In this document: one piece after another, positions 1 through 9,582 of the stretch
Position numbering within the stretch: position 1 is the stretch's first letter
How the letters are laid out: the number at the start of each line of letters is the position of its first letter
Assembly: GCA_965552135.1 (NCBI GenBank)
Contig: CBEVQY010000035.1
Coordinates: forward strand, 1-22,101
DNA from: an uncultured bacterium
GTDB lineage: Bacteria > UBP14 > UBA6098 > B30-G16
DNA: 22,101 nt
Direction: 5' to 3'
Program-made: the position numbers and the translations under genes
The notes under the pieces: generated by a model
Seen by the model: the letters and a program-made list of their open reading frames with translations, nothing else
Told to the model about the DNA's origin: nothing
The model's database searches: none

Positions 1-2180
1 AGGGGAGGGTCTATCTTTTCAACGAAGCCTTTCCCGCGCTTTTCGGCTTAGAGAGCCTTCCCGAGGACATCTATTTCGCAGAGCTTTTGCCCAAGGGCTT
101 TCGCCACAGGTTCGAGGAGGCTTTTACACAAACGATTAAGGGCGATTCGCGGAAGTTGGAGGTCGAATTCGGCGAGGAGGGGAGGTATATAGAGATCGAT
201 ATGGTGCCCATATACCACAGGCGGCAGCTTACGGGCGTCCAGGTTCTTGCCAGGGATATTACGGAGATATACAAAACGGGGCGCACCGTCCTTATTGCCG
301 ACAAGATCATAAGCTCTGCGCCGCTTCTTGTTGTGGTGCTCGACAGCGAGGGTAGGGTTGTCAGCCTGAATCCCTTCGCAGAAAGGCTGCTTGAGTGCAA
401 AAAAGAGGACGTTGTGGGCAAAAGCTGGGTCAAAAACTTCATTCCGCAGGATCTCCAAAGCGAGCTTGAGGGGTATTTTAGAGCCATATTCGAGTCCGGC
501 AACGTCATTCCCAATCGCGTGAACCCTATCGTTACCCAGGGCGGCAGGACGAGGATAATAAGCTGGCACAACGCCATCGTTTCGCCCGGCGAGGGCTCCG
601 AGAAGTTCTTGGTTGGCATCGGCGAGGACATAACCGACAAGCTCGCCATGCAGAACGCGCTTGAGAACTCTGCCAGAAGGTATCGCTTCATAGCCGAGAA
701 CGCCTTCGACGGCATTTACGTCATCGGTCACGACGGGAGCATAAAGTACGCCAACAGCGCCGTTGCGATGATGTTGGGTTACGATTCGCCCGACGAGCTT
801 TTGGGCAGGCGCGCGGTCGAAACACTTTTCGCCTCCCAGTGCCGGGACGAAGCCTTGCGGCACCAAAAGGAGTGCTTCGACGGATACGCCGACGTGAAGC
901 AATATGAGCTTCAGGCGCAGAGGAAGGACGGCACATCTTTTTGGGTCGAGGTGCGCACAACCCTCACCGAGCTCGACGGCGAGAGGGTTGTTTTGGGCGT
1001 TATGCGCGATATCACCAGCCGCAAGGCGCTGGAGGAGCAGATGCTTAGGATAGAGACGCTGGAGTCTGTGGGCAGGCTTGTGGGCGGAATCGCTCACGAC
1101 TTCAACAACATCCTCACGGGGATAATGGGCTATGCCTCGCAACTTCAGCGCGCCCTGCCCGACGACGACCCCAGAAGGAAGGCTGCGGACATAATCGTCA
1201 AAAGCAGTCAGCGGGCGGCGCAAACTGTGGCAAGGCTTTTGGACTTCATCCGCGGGCAGCCCGTCGAAAAAACGCCCATTGATGTGACGAAGGTGGTCTC
1301 CGAGACGATGGCTCTTGCGGCAAGCGCTATTCCCGCAAAGGTCGAGTGCAAAACATTCTACGCCAAAGAGCCCCTCGTTGTGCTTGGCTCGCAGTCCCAG
1401 CTTGAGAACGCCGTGCTCAACATCATCATAAACGCTTTCGAGGCTATGCCGCAGGGGGGAACCCTCACCGTAAAAACGTACCGTCAGGACGTCGACGAAG
1501 CATTCACCCGCTTTATGCTCGAGGCTCGCCCCGGAAGCTACGCCGTAATCGAAATCTCCGACACGGGCGTGGGGATGACCGATGAGGTCAGAAGGAACCT
1601 CTTCATCCCGTTCTTCACTACCAAGGGCAAGTCGGGAACGGGTCTTGGGCTTTCTACGTCTTATGGGATCGTGAAGGGGCACGGAGGCTTTATATCTGTG
1701 TACAGCGAGCTGGGTGTGGGCAGTGTGTTCAAGATTTATTTACCGCTTTATGTTGAGCGCGAAGCCAGGGAGAAGACCTCCAAGCCCGAAGCCAAGCCCG
1801 CGAAAAAGCTTGACAGCAAAACAGCCCTCATAGTTGACGACGAGGAGAACATACGCACCCTGATCGAGATGGTTTTGAGAGACAAGGGTTTTAAGACTTT
1901 CCAGGCGGCGAACCCGAAGGAGGCGAGAGAGCTTTTCGAAAGCCACAGGGACGATATATCTTTGCTCGTCGTTGACCTCGTTTTGGAGGGCGAGGACGGC
2001 TCTGCGATAGCGCGAAGCTTTGTTGATCAGAAACCCTCGCTCAAGGTTTTGTGCATAAGCGGCTTCGATATAGTTCATCGTCCGGCTTTTGGGAGGCGTG
2101 TTTGCACGCGCTTTTTGCAGAAGCCCTTCACGGTGGCGCGGCTGAGCGAGGTGATAGACGACGTCCTCAGCCGCGGCTGA
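1..2180 (+). CDS. Multi-PAS hybrid sensor histidine kinase/response regulator (CckA-like architecture), 5'-truncated by the window
   Basis: Frame 3 is open from position 3 (GRVYLFNEAFPALFG...), so the true start lies upstream. About three PAS/PAC modules (e.g. RKDGTSFWVEV...RDIT), H-box GIAHDFNNIL, N-box NIIINAFEAM, G-boxes DTGVGM and GTGLGL, and a C-terminal receiver (LIVDD, VVD, ISG, KPF). Confidence 0.93.
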   Translation, partial: GRVYLFNEAFPALFGLESLPEDIYFAELLPKGFRHRFEEAFTQTIKGDSRKLEVEFGEEGRYIEIDMVPIYHRRQLTGVQVLARDITEIYKTGRTVLIADKIISSAPLLVVVLDSEGRVVSLNPFAERLLECKKEDVVGKSWVKNFIPQDLQSELEGYFRAIFESGNVIPNRVNPIVTQGGRTRIISWHNAIVSPGEGSEKFLVGIGEDITDKLAMQNALENSARRYRFIAENAFDGIYVIGHDGSIKYANSAVAMMLGYDSPDELLGRRAVETLFASQCRDEALRHQKECFDGYADVKQYELQAQRKDGTSFWVEVRTTLTELDGERVVLGVMRDITSRKALEEQMLRIETLESVGRLVGGIAHDFNNILTGIMGYASQLQRALPDDDPRRKAADIIVKSSQRAAQTVARLLDFIRGQPVEKTPIDVTKVVSETMALAASAIPAKVECKTFYAKEPLVVLGSQSQLENAVLNIIINAFEAMPQGGTLTVKTYRQDVDEAFTRFMLEARPGSYAVIEISDTGVGMTDEVRRNLFIPFFTTKGKSGTGLGLSTSYGIVKGHGGFISVYSELGVGSVFKIYLPLYVEREAREKTSKPEAKPAKKLDSKTALIVDDEENIRTLIEMVLRDKGFKTFQAANPKEARELFESHRDDISLLVVDLVLEGEDGSAIARSFVDQKPSLKVLCISGFDIVHRPAFGRRVCTRFLQKPFTVARLSEVIDDVLSRG

Positions 2181-2233
2181 GTTCCCACGGCGGCCCCCAT
2201 AAGACCAAGTTGGCTTCGGAGCGAACGATGCGT

Positions 2234-2869
2234 TCAGAGGGTGCCGAAGGCTCTGTCGCCCGCGTCGCCTATGCCCGGAAGGATGTATCCCCTTTCGTTC
2301 AGCTCTCGGTCGATGGTTGCCAGCCACATCCTCACGGGTGTTTTGGTGGCGCTGGCGGCTTTGTCTGCTTGGGCGATTCCCTCGGGTGCGCCAACGACCG
2401 CCAGAACGTCGACGGCTTTGGGCGAAAAGCGGCAGACTTCGGCAATCGCGTGCGCCACAGTCCCGCCCGTGGCGACCATAGGGTCGAGGATGAACGCGCG
2501 CGCAGACGCCAAACCCTCCCCAAGGCTGGAGTAGTACGGAATTGTCTCCAAGGTTTCCTCGTTTCGCCTTGCGCCTATGTGCATAACGCTTGCCTGCGGC
2601 GCAAGCTCGAGGATGGGCTCAACCATAACGAGCCCAGCCCTTATTATCGGCACGAGGACGAGCCTTTCCGCAAGCCTTGCCCCCACCGTGACCTCCAGGG
2701 GCGTTGCCACCTGTGTGGTCTCGACCTCGGCGGACCTTGTCGCCTCGAAGAATAAAAGACGCGATATCACCCCAAGCGCCTTGCGCACGGCGGGCGGGGG
2801 AGAATTTTTGTCCCGCAGAACGGTGAGCCAGTGGGCGCAAAGCGAATGGGATAAAACCGTGACCTCCAT
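2234..2869 (-). CDS. upp: Uracil phosphoribosyltransferase
   Basis: Motifs VPIIRAG, RNEETL, PRPP-binding ILDPMVATGGT and C-terminal GYILPGIGDAGDRAFGT. Start at 2869 (MEVTVL) is preceded by GGAGG. Confidence 0.95.
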   Translation of the reverse strand: MEVTVLSHSLCAHWLTVLRDKNSPPPAVRKALGVISRLLFFEATRSAEVETTQVATPLEVTVGARLAERLVLVPIIRAGLVMVEPILELAPQASVMHIGARRNEETLETIPYYSSLGEGLASARAFILDPMVATGGTVAHAIAEVCRFSPKAVDVLAVVGAPEGIAQADKAASATKTPVRMWLATIDRELNERGYILPGIGDAGDRAFGTL

Positions 2870-2887
2870 CCTCGTGCCTCCGCAGCC

Positions 2888-2916
2888 AAAATAGCCTTCC
2901 TGCCTTTTTCTGTCAA
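2888..2916 (-). promoter_or_regulatory. Putative sigma70-type promoter for upp
   Basis: Minus strand reads TTGACA-N17-TATTTT (tgtcaa at 2911-2916, aaaata at 2888-2893). It overlaps the rlmB stop and lies just upstream of the upp SD. Confidence 0.6.
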
Positions 2917-3671
2917 GTGTGCGGCGCGGCATCCGGCGTCCGGAGGATGCCGAGCTTCAGCGCAAGGTCGTACAGGATGATTCCCGCAGCGACCGAAACG
3001 TTGAACGAATCGACCACACCAGCCTGCGGTATGAATACGCTCTGTGTGCACCTGCGCCTGACGGCGTGGCTTATTCCCTCTCCCTCTGATCCGAGCACGA
3101 CGGCGATTTTTTCGGGCGGACGGAACTCAGGCAGCGGCTTTGCGCCCGGCGATGGGCTTTCGGCGGCGACAACCGCGTAGCCGCGCTCGCGCAAGAGCGT
3201 GATCGTGTGCGGAAGCGAGTCGACCTTGGCGATGGCCGTGTGCTCGGTTGCTCCAGCGCTTGCGTGCACAACGACGGGCGTGACGGAGGCGCTTCGCCTC
3301 GCAGGTATAATTACCGCCCCTGATCCGCAGAGGTGCGCGGAGCGGATTATGGCGCCCAGGTTCCTCGGGTCGGTGACGCCGTCGACGAGGACGACGAGCT
3401 TCGGGCGCCAATCGAGGATAAGCCGCAGCGGCGTGTATCTGAATGGCTCGACCCGCGCGCCCAAACCCTGGTGGTCGCTACGGCGAAGGATCACATAGAG
3501 CTCCTGCTTGTTTACGCTGCGCAGGGTGAGGTCGAGCGGGACGCCAAGCCTCCTTGCCTCGTCCCTGAGCCACCTGAGGGCGGTGGTGGTGCCGAAGACC
3601 TCGTAGACCTTTCTGCTGCCTCGCAGCGCCTCGAGGACCACCCTGCGGCCGTAAACGTATTCGAACTCCAT
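2913..3671 (-). CDS. rlmB: 23S rRNA (guanosine-2251-2'-O)-methyltransferase, TrmH/SpoU family
   Basis: N-terminal YVYGRRVVLEAL and HQG, plus SPOUT motifs DGVTDPRNLGAIIRSA, VLGSEGEG and DSFNVSVAAGI. Confidence 0.92.
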   Translation of the reverse strand: MEFEYVYGRRVVLEALRGSRKVYEVFGTTTALRWLRDEARRLGVPLDLTLRSVNKQELYVILRRSDHQGLGARVEPFRYTPLRLILDWRPKLVVLVDGVTDPRNLGAIIRSAHLCGSGAVIIPARRSASVTPVVVHASAGATEHTAIAKVDSLPHTITLLRERGYAVVAAESPSPGAKPLPEFRPPEKIAVVLGSEGEGISHAVRRRCTQSVFIPQAGVVDSFNVSVAAGIILYDLALKLGILRTPDAAPHT

Positions 3672-3719
3672 CAGCCTATTTTCGGAAAAACCGCGCCCAC
3701 AGTAAAGTCGTTTTTGCGG

Positions 3720-3747
3720 TTGACTGCCGTTTGGAAGGCTTTATTTT
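3720..3747 (+). promoter_or_regulatory. Possible promoter for the DUF35-carboxylase operon
   Basis: TTGACT-N16-TATTTT in the short divergent gap, followed by AAGGAGG and ATG at 3780. Confidence 0.35.
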
Positions 3748-3779
3748 TTCAAAAAGCGCTATCGAAGGAGGTTTTTGGG

Positions 3780-4178
3780 ATGAGGCTTTCTCCGCAGAAG
3801 TACTGGCGGATGATTCCGTCGCGCTACAGGCTTGAGGTTTACCGCTGCAAGAAGTGTGGCAAGCTCTTTTTCCCAAAGCGTCTTGTCTGCGATAGCTGCC
3901 GCGGGCGCGAGTTCGAGCTTGTGCAGCAATGCCTGACGGGAAAGGTCCTGACCTACACCGTCCTCCATTCGGCGCCGCCGGGCTTTAAGAAAGATATGCC
4001 CTACATAGTGGGCGTTGTTGAGCTCGACAACGGCGTTCGCCTGACGGCCCAGATCGCCGACATAGAGCCCGAGCGTGTGAAGACCGGCATGCGCGTTTAT
4101 ATGGAGTTCAGGCGCATCGGCGAGACCGGCAAGTCCGGAGTTATACACTACGGCTACAAGGCAGTTCCTGTCGAGTAG
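3780..4178 (+). CDS. DUF35-family Zn-ribbon/OB-fold protein (acyl-CoA-binding/scaffold, thiolase-HMG-CoA synthase-associated type)
   Basis: 132 aa starting MRLSPQKYWR, with CxxC-x10-CxxC (CKKC...CDSC), an OB fold (GKVLTYTV, PYIVGVVELDNG) and a C-terminal IHYGYK. Strong SD AAGGAGG. The longer 3333 start overlaps rlmB and is rejected. Confidence 0.9.
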   Translation: MRLSPQKYWRMIPSRYRLEVYRCKKCGKLFFPKRLVCDSCRGREFELVQQCLTGKVLTYTVLHSAPPGFKKDMPYIVGVVELDNGVRLTAQIADIEPERVKTGMRVYMEFRRIGETGKSGVIHYGYKAVPVE

Positions 4179-4180
4179 AT

Positions 4181-5536
4181 ATGTTCGGACGTGTTCTTAT
4201 AGCGAACCGTGGCGAGGTTGCCCTGCGCGTCATAAGGGCTTGCAAGGCGCTGGGCGTTGGGGCGGTTGCCGTTTACTCCGAGGCTGACAGCGAGTCGCCC
4301 CACCTCGAGCTTGCGGACGAAACCGTATGCATCGGTCCGGGACCGAGCACCGAAAGCTACCTCAACATGGACGCCATCCTCGCCGCGGCGCTGAACACAG
4401 AGTGCCAGGCGGTCCATCCGGGCTTCGGATTCCTCGCGGAAAACGCCCTGTTCGCATACAGATGCGAGCAGCAGAAGCTCACCTTCATAGGTCCAAGCCC
4501 GCGGTCGATACGGCTTATGGGCGACAAGTCCCTTGCCAAGCAGACGATGAGGGCTGCCGGTCTGCCGACGATACCGGGTTCGGACGGCACGCTCAAAAGT
4601 CTTGACGAGGCACTGGGGCTCGCCAAAAAGTTCGGGTATCCCGTGCTCCTTAAGGCTACCGCAGGCGGCGGCGGCAAGGGAATAAGACCGTGCCGTTCCG
4701 AGGAGGAGCTCAGAAACCTATACCCACAGGCGAGGATGGAAGCAGAAAAGGCTTTCGGCAACCCGGAGCTCTACCTCGAAAAACTCATAGTTAACGGTCG
4801 GCACATCGAGTTTCAGATCTTAGCTGACAACTTCGGCAACGTGGTCCACCTTGGCGAGCGCGAATGCTCCATTCAAAGGCTCAACCAAAAGCTTGTCGAG
4901 GAATCGCCCTCGCCCGCTGTGTCGCCCCAGATGCGGGAGAGGATGGGGCGCAAGGTGGCAAAGGCGGTCAAAAAGATAGGCTACAGGAACGCTGGCACGG
5001 TGGAGTTCCTTATGGATCAGGACGGCAACCTCTACTTTATGGAGATGAACACGCGCCTTCAGGTCGAGCACCCCGTCACCGAGATGGTCACGGGGGTCGA
5101 CATCGTCCAGGAGCAGATAAAGATAGCGGCAAATCACCCTCTCTCCTTCTCGCAGCGGGATGTCCGCTTCGAGGGGCATTCCATCGAGTGCCGCATAAAC
5201 GCCGAGGACCCTTACAACAACTTCCTGCCGTCGCCTGGGGTTGTGGAGAGGTTTGAGCCTCCGGAGGGCGTTGGTCCGGGCAGGGTTCGCGTAGACACCC
5301 ACGTCCGAAGCGGATATAAAATACCAACATACTACGACTCGATGATCTGTAAGCTTATCGTCCACGCCGAGGATCGCCCCAAGGCGATAGAGACGATGAT
5401 AAACGCCCTGCGCGCCTTTAGGATAGAGGGCATCAAGACGACGATCCCGCTCCACCTCGAGATACTAAGCTCCCCCATCTTCCGCAGCGGCGACTACCAT
5501 AACAGGTCCCTTGCCGAGATCATGGGCGGTTCGTAG
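4181..5536 (+). CDS. accC: Biotin carboxylase subunit (stand-alone, no fused BCCP)
   Basis: Motifs [55 protein letters not shown] and YYDSMICK. Starts 2 nt after the DUF35 stop. Confidence 0.93.
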   Translation: MFGRVLIANRGEVALRVIRACKALGVGAVAVYSEADSESPHLELADETVCIGPGPSTESYLNMDAILAAALNTECQAVHPGFGFLAENALFAYRCEQQKLTFIGPSPRSIRLMGDKSLAKQTMRAAGLPTIPGSDGTLKSLDEALGLAKKFGYPVLLKATAGGGGKGIRPCRSEEELRNLYPQARMEAEKAFGNPELYLEKLIVNGRHIEFQILADNFGNVVHLGERECSIQRLNQKLVEESPSPAVSPQMRERMGRKVAKAVKKIGYRNAGTVEFLMDQDGNLYFMEMNTRLQVEHPVTEMVTGVDIVQEQIKIAANHPLSFSQRDVRFEGHSIECRINAEDPYNNFLPSPGVVERFEPPEGVGPGRVRVDTHVRSGYKIPTYYDSMICKLIVHAEDRPKAIETMINALRAFRIEGIKTTIPLHLEILSSPIFRSGDYHNRSLAEIMGGS

Positions 5537-5573
5537 CGTTGATCCTTTCGAACACAAAGCGAGGGGTGGAAAG

Positions 5574-7307
5574 ATGGCTAAGGTTATCCTTGAACCCATT
5601 GGCTCGCCTGTGGAGTCGTTTATGGATGCCGAGACTTACCGCCGCAACTTCGAGCACATGCAGAAGCTGAACGAAAGGTACATCAAGGCGCGCGAGGAGA
5701 TACGCGCCGGCTGGGGACAGAAATACGTCGACAGAGTCCACCAAAAGGGCAAGCTCACAACTTGGGAGCGCCTTGAGCTTTTGAAGGACCCCGGCACCGA
5801 GATCTTCCAGATCGGGCAGTTCGTCAACTACGGGCTTGAGTTCGGCGAGGAGGGGAGGAAGCGCAAGTCGCCGAACGCGGGGGTCATAACCGCCTTCGTC
5901 AGGGTTCAGGGGAGGTATACGATAGTCATTGCCAACGACAACACCGTTGCCTCGGGTTCTTGGTGGCCCCTCACCCCCGAGAAGATAGAGCGCGCGCAGG
6001 AGATAGCCCTGCGGCTGCGGATACCAGTTATATACCTCATCGACTGCAGCGGGCTTTTCCTGCCCGAGCAGATAAAAACCTTCCCCGGCAAAACCGGCGC
6101 GGGGTATATCTTCAAGATGAACGCGCTTCTGAGCTCCCACCAGGTTCCGCAGATAGCCGGCGTTTGCGGTGACTGCATAGCCGGCGGCGGATATATGCCC
6201 ATAATAAGCGACGTGGTTTACATGACCGAGAACGCCTATATGGTTATAGCCGGCGCTGCGCTTGTCAAGGGCGGCAAAAGCCAAAAGATAACCTCGCTTA
6301 CAATAGGCGGACCCGACGTCCACGTCCACATATCCAACTGCGCCGACTACCGCGTTCCCAACGACGAGGTTATGATAGAAAAGATCCGTGAGGAGGTGGC
6401 GAAGCTCCCCACAAGCGCGGTGGAGTATTATCGCTACGGCGCGGAGCCTGCTCCGCCTATGTACGATCCGCTCGAGATCGAGGGCATCCTGCCGCCGGAC
6501 CACAGGGTGACGTATGATATGCGTCAGGTCATAGCCAGGCTGGTGGACAACAGCTTGTTTTGGGAGCTTTTCCCACACAAGGGCGAGGAGATCATCTGCG
6601 GCATAGGCAGGATAAACGGGCTTTACGTTGGGATCATAGCGAACAATCAGTTTCTGACGGACCACCCCGTCCACAAGGGCATAAAGCGCCCCGGAGGGAT
6701 TCTGTATCGGGACGGCATATCGAAGATGACGACCTTTGCCCGCGCCTGCAACGACGACGGAATCCCCCTCATCTGGCTGCAGGACGTCGCCGGCTTCGAT
6801 ATAGGTCCCGAGGCGGAGAAGATGGGCCTTTTGGGCTATGGCTCCAACCTGCTCTACTGCAACTCGAACATACAGATACCTGTCATAACGGTCCTCCTTC
6901 GGAAGGCTTCTGGGGCGGGTTATTATGCGATGTTCGGGAGGCCGTACGAGCCCATAGTACAGTTCTCAACGCCCCTCACGCGGCTTGCCGTCATGGAGGG
7001 CAGGACCCTCGCGATAGGCACCTTCCACACAAAGCTCGACGATAACTTCAACATCGTCGCCGAAACGCCCGAGGAGTACGAGAGGATAAAAGCGGGCATG
7101 GAGGCTGTTGAGCGCAGGATAGAGGAGGAGATGGACCCGATTCGCACTGCGAGGCAGTTCGACACCGACGAGATCATCCTCCTGCGTGAGATAAGACCCT
7201 ATCTTGAGGTGGTCGTGGAGATGTGCTATCAGTCGATCGGCTACAGGCGCGTTAAGAACCCTCGCATCTGGTCGATGCACGATATAGCCGCGCTCGACCT
7301 GCCGTGA
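5574..7307 (+). CDS. Acyl-CoA carboxylase carboxyltransferase subunit (methylcrotonyl-CoA carboxylase beta / glutaconyl-CoA decarboxylase-like)
   Basis: Two crotonase-like CT halves: [45 protein letters not shown] and [14 protein letters not shown] at 5574 follows GAGGGG. Substrate is inferred from gene context. Confidence 0.88.
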   Translation: MAKVILEPIGSPVESFMDAETYRRNFEHMQKLNERYIKAREEIRAGWGQKYVDRVHQKGKLTTWERLELLKDPGTEIFQIGQFVNYGLEFGEEGRKRKSPNAGVITAFVRVQGRYTIVIANDNTVASGSWWPLTPEKIERAQEIALRLRIPVIYLIDCSGLFLPEQIKTFPGKTGAGYIFKMNALLSSHQVPQIAGVCGDCIAGGGYMPIISDVVYMTENAYMVIAGAALVKGGKSQKITSLTIGGPDVHVHISNCADYRVPNDEVMIEKIREEVAKLPTSAVEYYRYGAEPAPPMYDPLEIEGILPPDHRVTYDMRQVIARLVDNSLFWELFPHKGEEIICGIGRINGLYVGIIANNQFLTDHPVHKGIKRPGGILYRDGISKMTTFARACNDDGIPLIWLQDVAGFDIGPEAEKMGLLGYGSNLLYCNSNIQIPVITVLLRKASGAGYYAMFGRPYEPIVQFSTPLTRLAVMEGRTLAIGTFHTKLDDNFNIVAETPEEYERIKAGMEAVERRIEEEMDPIRTARQFDTDEIILLREIRPYLEVVVEMCYQSIGYRRVKNPRIWSMHDIAALDLP

Positions 7308-7343
7308 GCCTTTCTGTCCGCGGCGACTTGCCCGACCGTGGAG

Positions 7344-7536
7344 GAGTTCCGCGCAGTCGCCTTTTATTGAGTTCCCGCGCAGTCGCTCTTCTTCGAGCTC
7401 CCACGCAGTTGCCCTTCATCGAGTTCCCACGCGCTGCCTTTCACTGGGTTCCCACGCGGTCGTCTTTTGCGGTCGCCTTTTATTGAGTTCTCGTGCGGTC
7501 GCCCTTCATCGAGTTCCCGCGCAGTCGCCCTTTGGT
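7344..7536. repeat. Degenerate tandem array of ~26-bp units, consensus GAGTTCCCRCGCRGTCGCCYTTYATY
   Basis: Units start at 7344, 7369, 7395, 7421, 7446, 7485 and 7511, with a half unit at 7469-7484. They are head-to-tail with no spacers, in the gap between convergent genes. Confidence 0.9.
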
Positions 7537-7646
7537 GCGCTGTGCGACTTCGCTTGCCCGCCCTCGGCTTTCCCGCAGCGGGAGCTCAGGCTTTGGGCTT
7601 GGCGCAGCTTCGCCCGCCGGACCAGCGCCGTGGGGAATTCCGGGCT

Positions 7647-8819
7647 TCACTCACCGACGTCGTAGCAGCCAATGCGGCGCGATATGACCAGGCGCAGTAT
7701 CTCCGAGGTGCCTTCGCCGATCTCCAAAAGCTTTTGGTCTCTGTAAAAGCGCTCGACGTTGTATTCCCTGAAAAGCCCGTATCCCCCGTGTATTTGGACG
7801 GCGTGGTTAACGCACCTGTAGGCGACCTCGGAGCAGTAGAGCTTTGCCATCGATGCCATCTTCTTGTATTCGGGGCGACCCTGCTCGAAAAGCCACACTG
7901 CCTTGTAGAGCAGGTTGCGCGCAGCTTCGATCTCTGTGTGCATGTCGGCGAGCTTAAAGGCGTTGGCCTGGAAGGTCGATATGTATTTCCCAAACTGCTT
8001 TCTTTTTTTCGCATATTTGAGAGCCATCTCGTATGCGCCCTGGGCGCATCCCAGCCCCATGGCGGCTATCGACAGCCTGCCCTTGTCGAGGGTATCGAGC
8101 ATTTGGTGAAATCCCTCGCCCCTTTCGCCGAGCATTGCGCTTTTGGGCACGCGGCAGTCGTCGAAGTAGAGCTCCGATGTTATCGACGCGCGCCACATCA
8201 TCTTGCCGTGCATCGTCTTGGCGGTAAACCCCGGGGTTCCTTGCTCCACGAGAAAGCAGGTGTATTCCTTCTTTCCGTCCGGGCGGGTGCCCGTGACAGC
8301 CTGCACCGTGACGCCAAGCGAATACTCCGTCGAACCGTTGGTGATGAAGATCTTCTGCCCGTTTATCACCCACTCATCGCCGTCTTCGACGGCTGTGGTT
8401 TGTGTGCCGCCGGCGTCGGAGCCCGCGTTGGGTTCCGTAAGCCCAAACGCCCAAAGCTTTTCGCCCGTGCAAAGCTGCGGAAGATACTTCTGCTTCTGCT
8501 CCTCGGTGCCGAAGTAGTAGATTGGTCCTATTCCGAGCGAGTTGTGTGCAGCAAGCGTTGCTGCTTGTGAACCGTCGACGCGGGCTATCTCCTCAACGGC
8601 GACGATGTAGGATATGTAGCTCATCCCGGCGCCGCCGTACTTCTCGGGCAGATACATACCGAAAAGCCCGAGCTCACCCATCTTCTTGGTAAGCTCTGGA
8701 GAGAACTCCTCCTTTTCGTCGAGTTCCTGCGCAACGGGCGCGATCTCCTGCTCGGCAAACTCCCTCACCGTCTTGCGCACCATCTCCGCCTCTTCGGGAA
8801 GGTCGTACCCCCACGCCAT
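7647..8819 (-). CDS. Acyl-CoA dehydrogenase (short/branched-chain, YngJ-like; probable isovaleryl-CoA dehydrogenase function)
   Basis: Motifs AFGLTEPNAGSD, NGQKIFITNG, KRKQFGK, AVQIHGGYG and YRDQKLLEIGEGTSEI. Start MAWGYDL lies 7 nt from AAGGAGG and is coupled to the biotin carrier stop. Confidence 0.93.
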   Translation of the reverse strand: MAWGYDLPEEAEMVRKTVREFAEQEIAPVAQELDEKEEFSPELTKKMGELGLFGMYLPEKYGGAGMSYISYIVAVEEIARVDGSQAATLAAHNSLGIGPIYYFGTEEQKQKYLPQLCTGEKLWAFGLTEPNAGSDAGGTQTTAVEDGDEWVINGQKIFITNGSTEYSLGVTVQAVTGTRPDGKKEYTCFLVEQGTPGFTAKTMHGKMMWRASITSELYFDDCRVPKSAMLGERGEGFHQMLDTLDKGRLSIAAMGLGCAQGAYEMALKYAKKRKQFGKYISTFQANAFKLADMHTEIEAARNLLYKAVWLFEQGRPEYKKMASMAKLYCSEVAYRCVNHAVQIHGGYGLFREYNVERFYRDQKLLEIGEGTSEILRLVISRRIGCYDVGE

Positions 8820-8821
8820 AC

Positions 8822-9436
8822 TCATCCCTCCTTGGGTTTGGGTTCGTCGTAGCCTATGAGGAAAAGCGGCTGCCCGCATTTCACCTCCGAGGCATCGTCG
8901 ACGTAGATCTTCAAGACGACTCCCGCATCGCCCCTGTCGGTGCCCTGAAACACTATGTGGTTGAAGGATTTCATCACCTCTATGAGTCCAAGCGTCATCC
9001 CCTTTTCGACCCTATCGCCGACCTCGACATACGGCGGCGAGTCGGGCGAGGGCTTTCGGTAGAAGATGCCGTCGGTGAAGGCGGTCACTATAAATCCCTT
9101 CTCCGCGTCGGCGGCATAATCGCCAAGCTTTTCGGCAAGATGCTCCTCCTCAAGCTCGGCAAGCCCGCTTTTGGGATTCAGGCAAAAAAGCTCCTGCCCG
9201 TAGCCGACGCGTATCGCTTTGTCGGCGTTTGCGTCCGCGATCACCGCGCCGAAGACGTCGTCGGGGATGTATAGGTCGTAGATGGTGTTGAGCACCCTTA
9301 TCCTTCCCGCAGAGCCTCCACCTATGATTACGGAGCCGTCGGTGGGCGCATCGAAGTACACGCCAACGGCGGGCGAAAGGATATGATAAAGCTTTCCATC
9401 GTATTTCACGAGCGCGACAAGCTTTCTGGTGGGCAT
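8822..9436 (-). CDS. accB: Biotin carboxyl carrier protein with an extra N-terminal degenerate biotinyl-like domain
   Basis: C-terminal domain GIFYRKPSPDSPPYVEVGD...IEVMKSFN...GQPLF. The N-terminal part aligns to the same fold but lacks the lysine. SD GGGAGG. Confidence 0.85.
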   Translation of the reverse strand: MPTRKLVALVKYDGKLYHILSPAVGVYFDAPTDGSVIIGGGSAGRIRVLNTIYDLYIPDDVFGAVIADANADKAIRVGYGQELFCLNPKSGLAELEEEHLAEKLGDYAADAEKGFIVTAFTDGIFYRKPSPDSPPYVEVGDRVEKGMTLGLIEVMKSFNHIVFQGTDRGDAGVVLKIYVDDASEVKCGQPLFLIGYDEPKPKEG

Positions 9437-9523
9437 CCGCTACCTCCCACGCTGACCCGCGCACTAAAGATAATCCCCAAAGCCTTGGCGAAAAAGTGTT
9501 TTTTGACGCCACCGCGTTTTCCT

Positions 9524-9551
9524 TTGACTTCGCGCGCAAAAATGCTATCGT
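9524..9551 (+). promoter_or_regulatory. Possible promoter for the enoyl-CoA hydratase
   Basis: TTGACT-N16-TATCGT with TG at the extended -10 position, in the divergent gap. Confidence 0.4.
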
Positions 9552-9582
9552 GAATGTAGCGAACGCGAGGAAAGGGGGAGGT

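Noticed and set aside
48..1682. 544-aa minus-strand ORF
   Set aside because: Antisense shadow of the histidine kinase with no recognisable motifs. Such ORFs are expected from codon bias in GC-rich DNA.
2181..2233. Terminator between the kinase and upp
   Set aside because: Only a weak, mismatched stem (GTTGGCT-TCGG-AGCGAAC) and no U-tract.
3333..3779. N-terminal extension of the DUF35 ORF
   Set aside because: Overlaps rlmB on the opposite strand. The strong SD and family-like start point to ATG 3780.
7344..7536. Possible CRISPR array
   Set aside because: Units are directly abutting and degenerate, with no unique spacers, no AT-rich leader and no cas genes in the window.
7304..8570. Short plus-strand ORFs over the repeat and the 367-aa ORF 7467-8570
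   Set aside because: They are translations of the 26-bp array in rotating frames or antisense to the dehydrogenase, with no convincing SD.
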